Of a stretch of 64,000 nucleotides of DNA, positions 38,010 to 50,738 are shown one piece after another (the stretch's first letter is position 1; each line of letters opens with the position of its first letter). The stretch covers positions 38,070,001 through 38,134,000 of the forward strand of contig NC_086097.1 of the NCBI RefSeq assembly GCF_963921235.1, read 5' to 3'. A model generated the notes under the pieces. The model searched no databases. It saw only the letters and a list, made by a program, of their open reading frames with translations, and was not told the DNA's origin. A program made the translations under genes and the position numbers. Source of the DNA: Mobula hypostoma (Eukaryota).

Positions 38010-40101
38010 TTTTTTGTAATTTATTTTTTATTGAGTTTCATTATCAAACAAACATTTCCGTAAGATATATTTCAGATACTGTACATATATATCATATAAT
38101 CATATTTGTCATAAATCTCCACATAATGTTTATCTGAGGTATACACCTATAGAAAGAAGAGGAAAGAAAGAACAATCGAAAGAAGAAAACTATGTACAGA
38201 GTAGGGAGTGATTTTTTTTTACAACATATTGATTGTGAGAATAAAATCAGGCCTTTGAGGTGTTATGTAGTTAAACCATTTTTTTCCAGTATGAATAAAA
38301 TTGTTCCAACTTATGATTAACAGATGTTGTTATCTTCTCCATTTTATAAATGTCCATTGTAATTTCCATCCATACATTTAAAGTTGGGCTCTCCTGAGAT
38401 AACCATTTCCTGCTAAGGGTCTTTTTACCAGCCACCAGCAGTACATTCATTAAATATTTATATTTATCTCTTTTCAACCATTCTTGAGGTATATACCCAA
38501 AATATATGGTTTTACTCTCTAAATGTATTTATCTGTTAGTATATCATTGAAATTTGCAGAATATATAACTTAATCGATCTACTCCCTGAACAAATAAGAA
38601 TCAAGAAAAGTGAATAATAAGAAGAAAGGTAAGGAAGGTGTGGTTCCAAGGCTGGGGTCTCCAGATGACCCTGGGTTGGGCTAGGAGAAAAGTCTAGCCG
38701 TGGGGGATAGCCCCTCCTACCTGTGGGTTGAGGGCCCTCGCTGCAGTACCGATAAAAGTAATAAAAAAAAACTATGTCTATTACACAGAAGTGATTTCCC
38801 TGTGTATTCCTCCCATGTATATATTCTCATTTAGGTGGGGAAAAAGCAATGAATAAATGAATTTTTTAAGAATTGAGTAATATAAAATCCACATTATAAC
38901 ACGTATTTCTCGAGATAGGTATATCACCGTCTAATTTTGCTTCCGTTTAGTTTATCAGCACTTTTGAAGTTAGCCAAACCTTATGGCTCTTCTGGAGGAG
39001 GTGAGGGCTGCCCTCGGAGAACTGACAATCTCTTCCTAAAATCTTTCTCTCATCCTGTTCCCATCCCCTGCTTTCTCAGTTCTCTTACTATTTCCCAAGC
39101 AGCTCAGGACAACTGCTCAGCCAGAGTTTCCCTTGGTTTGACCACGCTAATGGACAGTCCTCTGTTGTTCATGTCTGTAGTCGCCTCCTCCACCGTCTGG
39201 TACAGTCGCATCCCTTCTTGGTAAAATGGGGTTTGGAATTTAATCTTTTCTTGCTTTAATATTCGTTTTGCTTCGGAATATTCCTTCCATTTCTGTAGGA
39301 CCGCCGGGGGGCAATCATGATCGAAAAATATTAACTTCCCATTCCAAAACACCCTCTTCTTACCCCAGGCCCTTTGTAGATTCTCCGCCTTGCTCTTGAG
39401 TCGAAGGAATCTAAGTACAATGGAGCGCGGTTTATCTTCTCTGTCTCCGGGAGACCGCTGGACAAGCAAATGGGACGCCCTCTCAATTTCAATCTCCGTA
39501 GTCTGAGGAATCTCCAGCGCTTCCTGCAGCAGCTTGTCTACAAAGCCCATCATCAACAATCCCTCCGCTCCTTCAAGAACGTTATAACTCCTGTTATTTT
39601 TCCGTCGCGATCTTCCCTCCTGATCAAGCAATTTACTCTCCTGTTGTTTTAATATTTTTATCGTATTACTTAGTATCTGTTTCACGTTTTGCACGTGATC
39701 TTCCATCTTCTCAATTCGAGTCTCTGCCACCACTATTTTCTGATTGACATTGGCAAGCTCTGACTTTATATCATTGAGTTGCTGCTTTATATCTTTTTGG
39801 ACTTCCCTTATCTCTTCCAAAATCCTTATCAAATTTGCCGCTTCGACTGCACTAAGCCCATTGTCAGCTTCGCTGCCAACGCGCACGTGTAGGAGAGCCG
39901 CGCACTGTACCTCTCGCTTCCATAGGCTCCACAGTGGTGCTTTTTTTTAATCTCGATTCTTTCTCCCCATTCTTGCCCCCTTATCAATTCAGATATTTTC
40001 GAAAGGTCTTATATTTGATGGATTAACGGGGCAAAATATGCGTTTTTCCAGAGAAGCTATTGATTTAAGCTGCCATTGTGAACATTGCCGTCACCGGAGC
40101 C
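38010..40101 (-). mobile_element. L1-clade element with 5' end and ORF1 but almost all of ORF2 deleted
   Basis: ORF 39104-39886 coiled coil + EGRSRRKNN..N.EGAEG, IEIERASH, PRSIVLRF, IFFDHD (L1 ORF1p-like); ORF2 tail 38271-38477; AATAAA/polyA; 10-bp TSD atgtcagttt at 38000-38009 and 40102-40111. Confidence 0.9.
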
Positions 40102-40442
40102 ATGTCAGTTTATTTTAATACAGAGATTCGTGGATGTATGGAATGTGCCACCAGGGCTGGTGATAGAGGCAGATACATGAGAGACATTTAAGAGACTCTT
40201 AGATAGGTACATGGATGAAAGAAAAATGGAGGGCTATGCAGGAAGGAATTGTTATATTGGTGTAGGTTACAATGTCAGCACAACATTGTCAGCCGAAGAG
40301 TCTGTACTCTATTGGAATTATGCTGCATGATATTACGCACAGATTTTCCAATGGATCTGCCAACACACAACCAATTCAATGGTCTTCTACTCCAAACTAT
40401 CCCATCAAAATCATCTTTGTGCTTCTTTGTGAATAAACAGTT

Positions 40443-42465
40443 ATTCCATGGAATTGAAGAAACAGTCAACGTTTCAGGCCGAGACCCTTCATCGGGACTG
40501 AAAAGGAAGGGAGAGGATGTCAGAGTAAGAAGGTGGGGGGGGGGTGGTGGAGGAGGGGAAGGAGTACAAGCTCGAAGGTGATAGTGAACCCAGGTGGGTG
40601 GGAAAGGGGGTATGAAATAAGAAACTGGGAGGTGATACATGGAAAAGGTAAAGGGCTGGAGAAGAAAGAATCGGATGGGAGAGAAGAATGGACCATGAGA
40701 GAAAGGGAAGGTGGGGGGGGGTAACAGGGTGAGGTGAAAGGCAGGTGAGAAGAGGAAAGAAGAGGGGCAGATTGGGGAAATGAAGAAGGGGGAGGGGGGG
40801 AAATTACTGGAAGTTGGAGAAATTGATGTTTATGCCACCAGGTTGGAAGCTACCTAGATGGAATATAAGGTGTTGCTCCTCCAACCTGGGAGTTGCCTCA
40901 TTGTGGCAGAAGAGGAGCCTATGAACTGACATGTTGGAACGGGAATTGGAATTGAAGTGATTCACTACTGGGAAATCCTGCTTTTTGCGTTTGGAGCAAA
41001 GGTCCTCAACAAGGTGGAACCTCAGTCTACCTTGAGTCTCACCAATGTAGAGGAAGCTGCATCAGAAACATTGGATACAATATACAACCTCAGCAGATTT
41101 GCAGGTGAAGTGTTGCCTCATTTGGAAGGACTGTTTGGAGTCTTGAATGGAGGTGAGGGAGGAGGTGAATGGGCAGGTGTAGCACTTTTTCAGCTTGCAG
41201 GGCTAAGTGCCAGGAGGGAGATTATTGGGGAGGGACAAATGGACAAAGGAATCACAGAGGGAGCGGTCCCTGTGGAAAGTGGAGAGTGAGGGGTGGGGGG
41301 AGCTAAAGCTGTGTTTGGTGGTAGGGCTTTGTTGAAGATGGAGGAGTTTGCGGAGATGATATTTTGGATGCAGAGGCTCATGGATGGTAGATGAGGACAA
41401 GAGGAACTCTATCCCTGTTAAGGCAACAGGAAGATGGGGTAAGCGCAGATGTCCAGGAAATGGAGAAGATGTGGGTGAGGACAGCATCAATGGTGTAGGA
41501 AGGGGAATCCTGTTCTTTGAAGAAGGACATCTCTGATATCCTGCAAAAGAAAGCCTCGTCCTGGGAACAGATGAGGCAGAGACTAAGGAACTGAAATAAG
41601 GGAATGGCATAGGAAGAGGGACAGTCAAGTCAGCGATGACAGTCACAAACGAGAGAAAATCTGCAGATGGTGGAAATCCGAGCAACACACACAAAATGCT
41701 GGAGGAACTCAGCAGGCCAGGCAGCATCTGTGGAAAGTAGTACAGTCGACACTTCGGGACGACACCTTCAGCAGGACATAGCAATGACAATCGGAAGGTT
41801 TATAAAAGTGAGTCACCTGCGAATCTCTTTGTCGATCACCTTTGGTCCATCACAAAAAGCAGGATTTCCCAGTGGCCAGCCATTTCAATTTCAATTCCAA
41901 TTCCCTTTCCCATTCCGACATGTCGGACCATGGCCTCCTCTTCTGCAATGATGAGGTTGGGGGTGGAACACTAAATATTCCGTTTGGGTAGCCTCCAACT
42001 TGATGCCATGAACGTTGATTTCTCCAAATTTTGGTAACTTCTTTCCCTCCCCTTCCCTGTTCTTTATTTTCCCACTCTGCCCCTCCTCACCTCTTCTGCT
42101 TACCTACTTATCACCTCCCCCTGGTGATCCTCCTTCCCTTTCTCCACTCTTGGAGCACTCTTCTCTCCTGCCAGATTTTTTTCTTCTCCAGTTATTTATC
42201 TCTTGCATGTATCACCTTCCAGTTTCTTTCTTCATCTCACCTCCCTAACTTACCTGGCTTTACCTATCACCTTCTAGCCCTGACCGCCCCCCCTCACCTT
42301 TCCTATTCTGGCATCTTCCCCCTTCTTTCTAGTCCTGATGAAGCGTCTCAGCTTGAAACGACGGTTTATTTATTTTCATAGAAGCTGCCTGACCTGCTTT
42401 GTTTCTCTAGCATTTTGTGTGTGTTGCTCTGGATTTCCAGCATTTGCAGAATCTCTGGTGTTTAT
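40443..42465. mobile_element. PLE with inverted arms (- ~40443-41810; + ~41825-42465)
   Basis: Decayed hammerheads at 40464-40499 (-) and 42331-42366 (+); terminal tail gatttccagcatttgcagaatct only on the + arm. Confidence 0.85.
41642..41779 (-). mobile_element. ~138-nt PLE terminal mini-copy nested in a PLE
   Basis: TSD agcgatgaca / agcaatgaca at 41632-41641 and 41780-41789; ends at hammerhead stem I. Confidence 0.8.
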
Positions 42466-43036
42466 GCAATATCCATGCAGCTGAGGTGATGTAGAGTCTG
42501 CACATCCTATCTTACAGACTTAATGGGCCAAATGGCCTAATTCTGCTCCTATGTCTTATGGTCTTATAGTATTGAGGGGAGAGGTAATGAAATCAGTGCA
42601 TCCACATACTGGCTGTTGTATGTAAATTCAAAGAAGCTGCAGGATCTGATAAGATGGGTTTGATGTGAACTGTCTTTTATAATAGCTGTCATTAGTCAAG
42701 GACTCGTATTGGCTAGTCCAAAAGTGGCTTCAGAAGCTGACTTGGCAATGAATACCATCCGTTCGCTAGCTGCAATTGCTTGTTTATCTGTACATAGTTC
42801 AAAATGATAAAATTATTTTGGTAGAAAGTGCTGTACATTTTGTTTGGGCAAAGTACTTTTCAGAGCTGAGAAAGGGACAAAATTTGCAGTATCTGTATCC
42901 ATGTCGTACTAATGCTTACATCCAAATTGTGCCTTGGTTGAAATTGTAAACAGATGAGTGATTTAGATGTAGTAGAAATTACTGTTAAGTGTGTAATTCA
43001 GGTGTGTATCCAGAAAGATCAACAGGTGTTGATAAC

Positions 43037-44635
43037 AACAGGAATTCTGCAGATGCTGGAAATTCAAGCAACACACATCAAAGTTGCTGGTGAACGCAGC
43101 AGGCCAGGCAGCATCTGTAGGAAGAGGTGCAGTCAACGTTTCAGGCCGAGACCCTTCGTCAGGACTAACTGAAGGGAGAGTGAGTAAGGGATTTGAAAGT
43201 TGGAGGGGGAGGGGGAGATCCAAAATGATAGGAGAAGACAGGAGGGGGAGGGATGGAGCCAAGAGCTGGACAGGTGATAGGCAAAAGGGATACGAGAGGA
43301 TCATGGGACAGGAGGTCTGGGAAGAAAGACAAGGGGGGTGGGGAGACCCAGAGGATGGGCAAGAGGTATATTCAGAGGGACAGAGGGAGAAAAAGGAGAA
43401 TGAGAGAAAGAATGTGTGTATAAAAATAAGTAACAGATGGGGTACGAGGGGGAGGTGGGGCCTTAGCGGAAGTTAGAGAAGTGGATGTTCATACCATCAG
43501 GTTGGAGGCTACCCAGACGGAATATAAGGTGTTGTTCCTCCAACCTGAGTGTGGCTTCATCTTTACAGTAGAGGAGGCCATGGATAGACATGTCAGAATG
43601 GGAATGGGATGTGGAATAAAAATGTGTGGCCACTGGGAGATCCTGCTTTCTCTGGCGGACAGAGCGTAGATGTTCAGCAAAGTGGTCTCCCAGTCTGCGT
43701 CGGGTCTCGCCAATATATAAAAGGCCACATCGGGAGCACCGGACGCAGTATATCACCCCAGTCGACTCACAGGTGAAGTGTTGCCTCACCTGGAAGGACT
43801 GTTTGGGGCCCTGAATGGTGGTAAGGGAGGAGGTGTAAGGGCATGTGTAGCACTTGTTCTGCTTACACGGATAAGTGCCAGGAGGGAGATCAGTGGGGAG
43901 GGTTGGGGGGGACGAATGGACAAGGGAGTTGCGTAGGGAGCGATCCCTGCTGAATGCAGAGAGAGCGGGGGAGGGAAAGATGTGCTTAGTGGTGGGATCC
44001 CGTTGGAGGTGGTGGAAGTTACGGAGAATAATATGTTGGACCCGGAGGCTGGTGGGGTGGTAGGTGAGGACCAGGGGAACCCTATTCCTAGTGGGGTGGC
44101 GGGAGGATGGAGTGAGAGCAGATGTACGTGAAGTGGGGGAGATGCGTTTAAGAGCAGAGTTGATAGTGGAGGAAGGGATGCCCCTTTCTTTAAAAAAGGA
44201 AGACATCTCCCTCGTCCTAGAATGAAAAGCCTCATCTTGAGAGCAGATGCGGCGGAGGCAGAGGAATTGCGAGAAGGGGATGGCGTTTTTCCAAGAGACA
44301 GGGTGAGAAGAGGAATAGTCCAGATAGCTGTGAGAGTCAGTAGGCTTATAATAGACATCAGTGGATAAGCCGTCTCCAGAGACAGAGACAGAAAGATCTA
44401 GAAAGGGGAGGGAGGTGTCGGAAATGGACCAGGTAAACTTGAGGGCAGGGTGAAAGTTAGAGGCAAAGTTAATAAAGTCAACAAGTTCTGCATGCGTGCA
44501 GGAAGCAGCGCCAATGCAGTCCTCGATGTAGTGAAGGAAAAGTGGGGGACAGATACCAGAATAGGCACGGAACATAGATTGTTCCACAAACCCAACAAAA
44601 AGGCAGGCATAGCTAGGACCCATACCGGTGCCCAT
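43037..44635 (-). mobile_element. Young 5'-truncated PLE: uninterrupted RT C-half + GIY-YIG endonuclease + pseudo-LTR
   Basis: MGTGMGPSYACLF, YIED, LPFLD, VYYKPT, C-x4-C-x2-C, GVIYCVRCSRCGLLYIGET..RLGDHFAEH; perfect 15-bp TSD acaggtgttgataac at 43022-43036 and 44636-44650. Confidence 0.97.
43131..43166 (-). ncRNA. Minimal type-I hammerhead ribozyme, intact core, GUU triplet
   Basis: Minus strand AGTC-CTGACGA-AGG(GTCTCGG)CCT-GAA-ACGT-T-GACT. Confidence 0.8.
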
Positions 44636-46289
44636 ACAGGTGTTGATAACCCATTTCAGGATACATTCACATATCTGACTGCATGGTGATTCTTGAGGTT
44701 CTTGCAAAGCTACGTCCAGGTTCTTCGATGTTAATCCCAGCAGGTGACACCTTCCACTTTCCCTTGAATATGTGCTTGATAGGTCTCCTGCACACTGACA
44801 CATCTCGCCTCCTAAGCAAGACCTCTCACACAGCATCTCAGGTTTGTGGAGCCCACTATCTTCCCAGTTGCACAATTTGTCTTCTAGCTGGTTGCAATCA
44901 TCTCCACAGACAGCTTCCATTAATTGATGTTGCCACAATGGACTTTGCTTTTAAAGAGTTCCGGCTGGCTATAAGCAGTATATGTGAGTCTAAACTGGCA
45001 AGGACAACACACAAAATCAAGCCTCCTGATGATGCAGTCGTGCAAGTGGGGAGGTCGAAAGTTGAACTGGTTATTACTGAGTGCTCACTGACTGGGTGAC
45101 AAGATCCAGGTGTGGTGAATTATACAAATTCAATCCTTACACCCATCTTCTGGTCTTTTCTGCTTTGTTCTCCAGGTGGATTATAGAACATTACAGCCCA
45201 CGATGTGCTGACGTTTTAACCTACTCTAAGATCACTCTAACCCTTCCCTCCCACATAGCCCTCTTTTTTTTTTGCATTGTGATTACTCATCACATCTTTA
45301 GCATATGTTTTTCATTTAGCTGGATATTATCTTTAGATTAATTTCCACTTAAAGCACAAATAGTATTTTCTTAAAGTGAAAAATATGCATTCAGAAATTA
45401 AAGAACATCTCAAATTTAGCTATTTAACTGCTAAATATAGAAAATGGTCATTTACGAACTGTATTACAGTGTACATTTGGCTGAATATATGCCAGATTTT
45501 TAGGTAATACAAGCCCCTCAAATAACGCTTCTAAGATTGAGCAAGATACTGCAGATATTTGCTTTTTTTTCCCTCTCAAAATATAAAACCACACACTCTC
45601 TCTGGCACGTCACTTGTAAACAAGTTCAGCAGCCATTTTGTAAAAGGAAATTTTTGCTGTGTTCCATTGTTACGTTGAGTGTTTCACTAACATGGGAGGC
45701 TATCAATATTGTTGACGCTACCAGCATTTTTAAGCCCTTCAATTCATGAAACTTTCTGATTTTTGAAGCAAGCTGCCTCCATTTCAAAGACCCTGCTTGA
45801 GTCTATGTTTTCCATGTTATACACAGAATGAGAATGTATTGCATCTGCAGCACTAAGATAAGACAATTGTAAAGAATGTTTGGCAAAATAAATCCCCTCC
45901 CCTTGTACACTTTGTACAACACGCTGACTATTGAATGTCCTGCAGTTCAGTCGATTCCACAGACAACAGATGTCCATGCATACTTACCATGGATAATTAG
46001 CTAGATGCATTAATTTGGTTTTATTAAATGAGCTTTCAGCTTCCAAACACATTCAGTGAAAGATAATGCTTCTGTGTATGTTCTGTTCCTGAATTTACCT
46101 GTTTCAGTGCAACACCAGGTTTTGCCTTTTTTGTCAGTTACTTTTATTCCTGAAAAACTATGCCGTCATGGCGGTGGGGTATGACTTCCTGTCTTTATCA
46201 TCTGTTCAGTCTAAGTCAATAGCAAGTAGCATTTTGGTAGATGAACAAGGGGAAGATAGTGGATTCTAAGCAGTGGCATTTCTGTATAA

Positions 46290-46705
46290 GTACAGGTCCA
46301 ATTCTGTTCCTGGGAACTTTTCATAACCTGAACAGTTTCACAGGTCAGAAATGCAGTCAAGTCATTTACGTTTAAGCAACAGCACCATGTAATTCAGTCA
46401 TTCACATATTTTGGTAAGGTGCAATGAGTTCCGACAGACTGAGCTTCCACATGACAGAAGACGCCTGCAGCCCTGAAGCAGCTGGCAAAGCCATCTTGCC
46501 GGTCTTTCAAACATTTGTTCATTTGTACAGGCGCTACATGTCTGGCATTTGGAATTGGCGAAAGACCTGTATGTTATAAATTGAGGCCTTAAAGATGCAG
46601 TAGAATATTTGGGTACAAGTGGGACTTTGGGCATTGTGGTATACTAAATGAGAACTGTGTATAACCCGATGTCAAATCAAAAGTTCCCAAAAATTGGGAC
46701 AACCA
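46290..46705. mobile_element. Possible ancient Tc1/Tigger-like DNA transposon remnant
   Basis: Begins ta-cagg; ctgttcctgggaactttttcataacctgaac echoed by gagaactgtgtataacccga near the other end. Confidence 0.3.
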
Positions 46706-46884
46706 TGCTTTTGGGAAAAAATGTTATTGTTTGCCCTCCATTTGAGTGTTAATGCCAAAGCATTTCACATGTTTGGTGTACTGACTACAAGGAAGTAGGT
46801 TTGTACATGTGTGGTAGCTTTCTGATGAGGGACAATGTGATAGGACAGGGATGAAGATGGGAGGAAGGTAATGGTACATGGATT

Positions 46885-49000
46885 GAGTCAAGTCAAGTTT
46901 ATTGTTATTTAATTATATACGTGTATGTAATGTCTATAGAAACTAGATGTTTCTCCGAACCAGGGTGTAAAACACAGTCATACACATGACACACATAACA
47001 CATGATTAGTTATGAAGGGTAAAATCTACAGGTGAATCACACATAAATAACAAACTGAAATGCATCAATATTAAATATTATAAGGTGCAAAGCAGGTTAA
47101 CCAGTGGCACTTTGAATACGATGTGGCTGGGAGTTCAAAAATCTAATGGCCTGGGGGAAGAAACTGTTCTCATCATGACTGTTCTTGTTTTTATGCACTG
47201 GAGTCTCGCACCTGTTGGTAGAAAGTCAAAGATGGGTGGGATCCCTAATAATACCAAGGGCCCTGCGTGCTCAACACTCCTAATCAATGTCCCGGATGGA
47301 TGGTATGGAGACCCCTATCATCCTCTCAGCTGTTCTCACAGTCCTTTGTAGGGACTTCTGATCCGATGCTTGACTGCTCCCATACCAGATGGAGATGCAG
47401 CTTGTCAGGGCACTCTCAGTGGTGCTCCTGTAAAACACAGTTAAGATGGTGGGGCGGGAAGGTGGAGAGCCTTGCTTGCTTCAGTTTTCCTAGGAAGAGG
47501 AGGCGCTGCTGTGCCTTCTTGTACAGGGAGGTGATGATAGGGGACCTCCTTATCATCTGTGATGTAAACTCCTAGGAACTTGGTTCACTTAACTCTCTCT
47601 ATGGAGAGGAGGATGGTTCATCTGTACCTTTTTGAAGTCCACAATGATTTCCTTTGTCTTCTCCATGTTCAGACTTGGGTTGTTCTTCTCACACCAATCG
47701 ACCAGCCGCTCCTCTTCCTCTCTATACAGCCACTTTTGTGTCATCCGCAAACTTGGTGGCCCGGTTTGAGCTGGATCCTGTGACACAGTCATGCACCGGC
47801 AGTGTGAAGACAGCAGGCTGAACACACAACAGCAGTATGAACAGTAGTGGGCCGAACACACAGCCTTGGTGAGGGGGGGGGGGCGGTGCCACCAGTGTTC
47901 AGCGTAGTGTGACGAGAGACGTCACTGCCCACACGGACTGACTGTGGCCTTACTGTTGTGAAGTCCAGTATCCAATTGCAAAGGCAAGTGTTGAGAACCA
48001 GCGAGGACAGTTGTCCCACCAGTTTCTGGGGTATGATGGTGTTGAATGCCGAACTGAAGTCCATAAACAGTAGTCTGGCATATGACACCCCATTTTCCAG
48101 GTGGGACAGAACAGAGTGGAGGGCAGAGGCTATTGCAATGTCAGTGGATCAATTTGAGCATTAAGTGAATTGGAAAGGGTCCTGTCTAACTGGGAGAGAG
48201 GCTTTAATGTGTTCCATGACCAGCTGTTCAAATCATTTCATTGTGGTTGATAATGACACCTGATAACAGTCATTTAGGCAGGAGGTGCTGCCTTTGGCAC
48301 TGGAATAATGGTTGCCTCCTTGAAAACTGAGGGGACAGTGAACTGTTCCAGAGAGATGTTGAATATATCCGTCAGCTAGGCTGCACTGTCTTTCAGAACC
48401 CAACCTGGTATATTATCGGTTCCTGCAGCTTTGCGTAGGTTGACTCTGGCCAGGGTCTTCCTCACCTTAGCTTCAGCCAGACAGAGTTTCTGCCCCCCTG
48501 GGGAGAAGGGTGCCTCCCTCACCAGCACTTTATTCTGCACATCAAACCAGGTGTAGAAGACATTCGGCTTTTCGGGGAGTGAAGCATCCTGGTCACTAAC
48601 GCGCAAGGTAGACTTGTAGTCTGTAATCCCCTGAATTTCCTGCCACATGTGCCTCGTGTCTCTGGTATCACAGAAGTGGTTGTACATTCTCTGAGAGAGT
48701 TCCTATTTCACCTTCCTGATGGAGCAGGAAAGGACATTTCTTGCTTCCCTGAAAAATGCCGCATCCCGCGATCTAAAGACAGCATCACAATTCTTCAGCC
48801 ATGCATGGACCTCTGCTGTAAGCCATGGCTTCTGATTTTCCTTCAGATGGATGTGTTTTGTGATGATAACATCCTCAGTACACTTCTCTATGTAACGGGT
48901 CACAGAATCCACATTTTCCTTGATGTTAACATGGTTGCCATAGGTAGGAGCCTCCCTGAACATTCTCCAAGATAGAGCCTAATAGCCAAGGGTGGTCCAG
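46885..49000 (-). mobile_element. Rex1/Babar LINE, ~2.1 kb, frameshifted RT
   Basis: [51 protein letters not shown] in ORFs 48703-48963, 48376-48687, 47789-48088, 47589-47861; aataaacttgacttgac tail. Confidence 0.92.
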
Positions 49001-49051
49001 AACGTCTGCGATCAGTTTTTCATCAGTACCTTCTCCATATTCAGGAAAGGA

Positions 49052-49590
49052 TCCGATTTATTATCATTGACGTATAACTTGAAATTTGTACAGTGCTAAT
49101 ATGTTTTAAAAAATCTATAAATTACATAAATCATGTGGGAAGAAAGGATTAATGAGGTGCTGTACGTGGACTTTCAGAATTCCACTGGTGGAAGGGAAGA
49201 AGCATTTCCTAAATCATTGAGTGTGGGTCTTCAGGCTGATGGTAGTTATAGAGCTGGCTGAATCTGTGGCCCTCTGCAGCCTCTTGCCATCCTGTGCATT
49301 GGAGGCTCTATTCCTGGCTGTGATGCACCAGTCAGAATGCTCTCCAGTGTATTTCTATAGAAATTTGAAAGAGTCTTTAGTGACATACCAGATCTCTTCA
49401 AACTCTAAACGATGTACAGCTGTTGTCATGCCTTCTTCATGATTGCATCAATGTATTGGTCCTAGGATGAACTCTGAGGTGTTGATGGCCAGGAACTTGA
49501 ATATGCTCACTCTGCGCACCACTGACCCTTCAATGTGGACTGCTATGTGTCCTCTCAACTTCCCCTTCTTGATGTCCACTATAAGTATGT
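49052..49590 (-). mobile_element. Rex1/Babar-type 3' fragment
   Basis: gtgatgcaccagtcagaatgctctcca, ccaggaacttgaa (antisense FKFLG-like). Confidence 0.7.
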
Positions 49591-49792
49591 TGTTCAGTCT
49601 GTAGTTCTATCATCTTGGAATGAAATAGGTTACACCATTCAATGGGATCAAAGAAATTGATTGATTTCCTATTCTTTTCCCCACAAGTTTTCACATCTAC
49701 ATTAAATGAGATTGAAATTCATTTATGATCAATTGCACCAAATGCTTCTTTAGTCCCACTGACTGCAGTAGAACAGAGTCTCATCAGTTGTA

Positions 49793-49930
49793 GAGGAACA
49801 GGCCCTTCCAGCCAGGCGAACTCCATTGCCCAGCAACCCACCTATTTGACCCCAGCCTAATCACAGGACAATTTACAATCACCAATTAACTACCAATAGG
49901 GCTTGGGACTGTGGGAGGAAACCAGAGCAT
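49793..49930 (-). mobile_element. V-SINE 3' half
   Basis: caggcccttcc...atcacaggacaatttacaatcaccaattaac...ggactgtgggaggaaaccagagc. Confidence 0.8.
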
Positions 49931-50600
49931 AAAGAAAATTAATTTGTTTGTCCAATGTCATACATGATTTTAATTATTTCCTTCTTGATAACGTGCTTTT
50001 GGACACCAGAAAATCCAACTGCTGATTGTTGTGAAGAAACAAAACGGCCTGAAGTAGCTTCTGATTAGATAGAACGTGTATTTCACAAGTGTAGTGATGG
50101 AGACAATGGTAGAAATGTTGCTTACTTAATTTTGGTTCTGCTGTCTTAATTGAAGACACTACTGTAATTGGTATGACTTCAGATCTTTTTCCAGGGGGAG
50201 TTTTGCGACGCAATAGTTGAATATGAACCAGAGCAGACACCCTCCTGTGGATGAGGTAAACTGGTTCCATTGGTAGTGGTGTTCATTAAAAATCCCTTGG
50301 CATTATTCAACAAAAACTGCATTATATTCTCCCGAGCCCCAAGTGACTCAAATAAATCTGATTAAATTTTTACTTTTGAAATCAAATGTTCAAAATGCTG
50401 CCAGATTTTCCATTAAAGCTGATATTGTTATTAATGTAATTTATTATGTTATTTAGATATTTATGAAACACAATAATTAGGATGTGTATATTTTATAAAA
50501 TTGAGTAATTGTCATTATAACCCCAAATCCTTATTTTAGTTGAAGAACAAATTATGTGCAATGGCTGTTAGTATTGGAGAATGGACACCTTACAATCATA

Positions 50601-50636
50601 AGTCCTGACGAAGGGTCTCGGCCTGAAACGTCGACT
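50601..50636 (+). ncRNA. Minimal type-I hammerhead ribozyme, intact core
   Basis: AGTC-CTGACGA-AGG(GTCTCGG)CCT-GAA-ACGT-C-GACT; predicted cleavage after C50632. Confidence 0.88.
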
Positions 50637-50738
50637 GCGCCTCTTCCTATAGATGCTGCTTGGCCTGCTGCGTTCACCAGCAACTTTGATGTGTGTTGCT
50701 TGAATTTCCAGCATCTGCAGAATTCCTGTTGTTTGCGT
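50601..50738 (+). mobile_element. 138-nt PLE terminal mini-element starting exactly at an intact hammerhead
   Basis: 11-bp TSD tta(c/a)aatcata at 50590-50600 and 50739-50749; near-identical to the reverse complement of 43037-43166. Confidence 0.92.

Larger units (their letters stand above)
34870..40305 (+). mobile_element. Long decayed CR1 (ORF1 esterase remnant, APE, 3' end) hosting three insertions
   Basis: accaatgacatagg (TNDIG) ~34888; ccatactggatctagt (ILDLV); ORF 37871-38137 IEVYKMI..RGHNF; resumes at 40112. Confidence 0.75.

Noticed and set aside
43084..43476. Recurrent short ORFs (NAAGQAAS..DVSGRDPSSGL) as a peptide family
   Set aside because: These are translations of the PLE pseudo-LTR/hammerhead region; recurrence reflects repeat copy number.
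44636..44938. Cys-rich N-terminus of the 491-aa ORF as a domesticated host-PLE fusion
   Set aside because: It lies beyond the perfect TSD in flanking DNA, begins at a non-ATG codon and has no recognisable domain or splice support.
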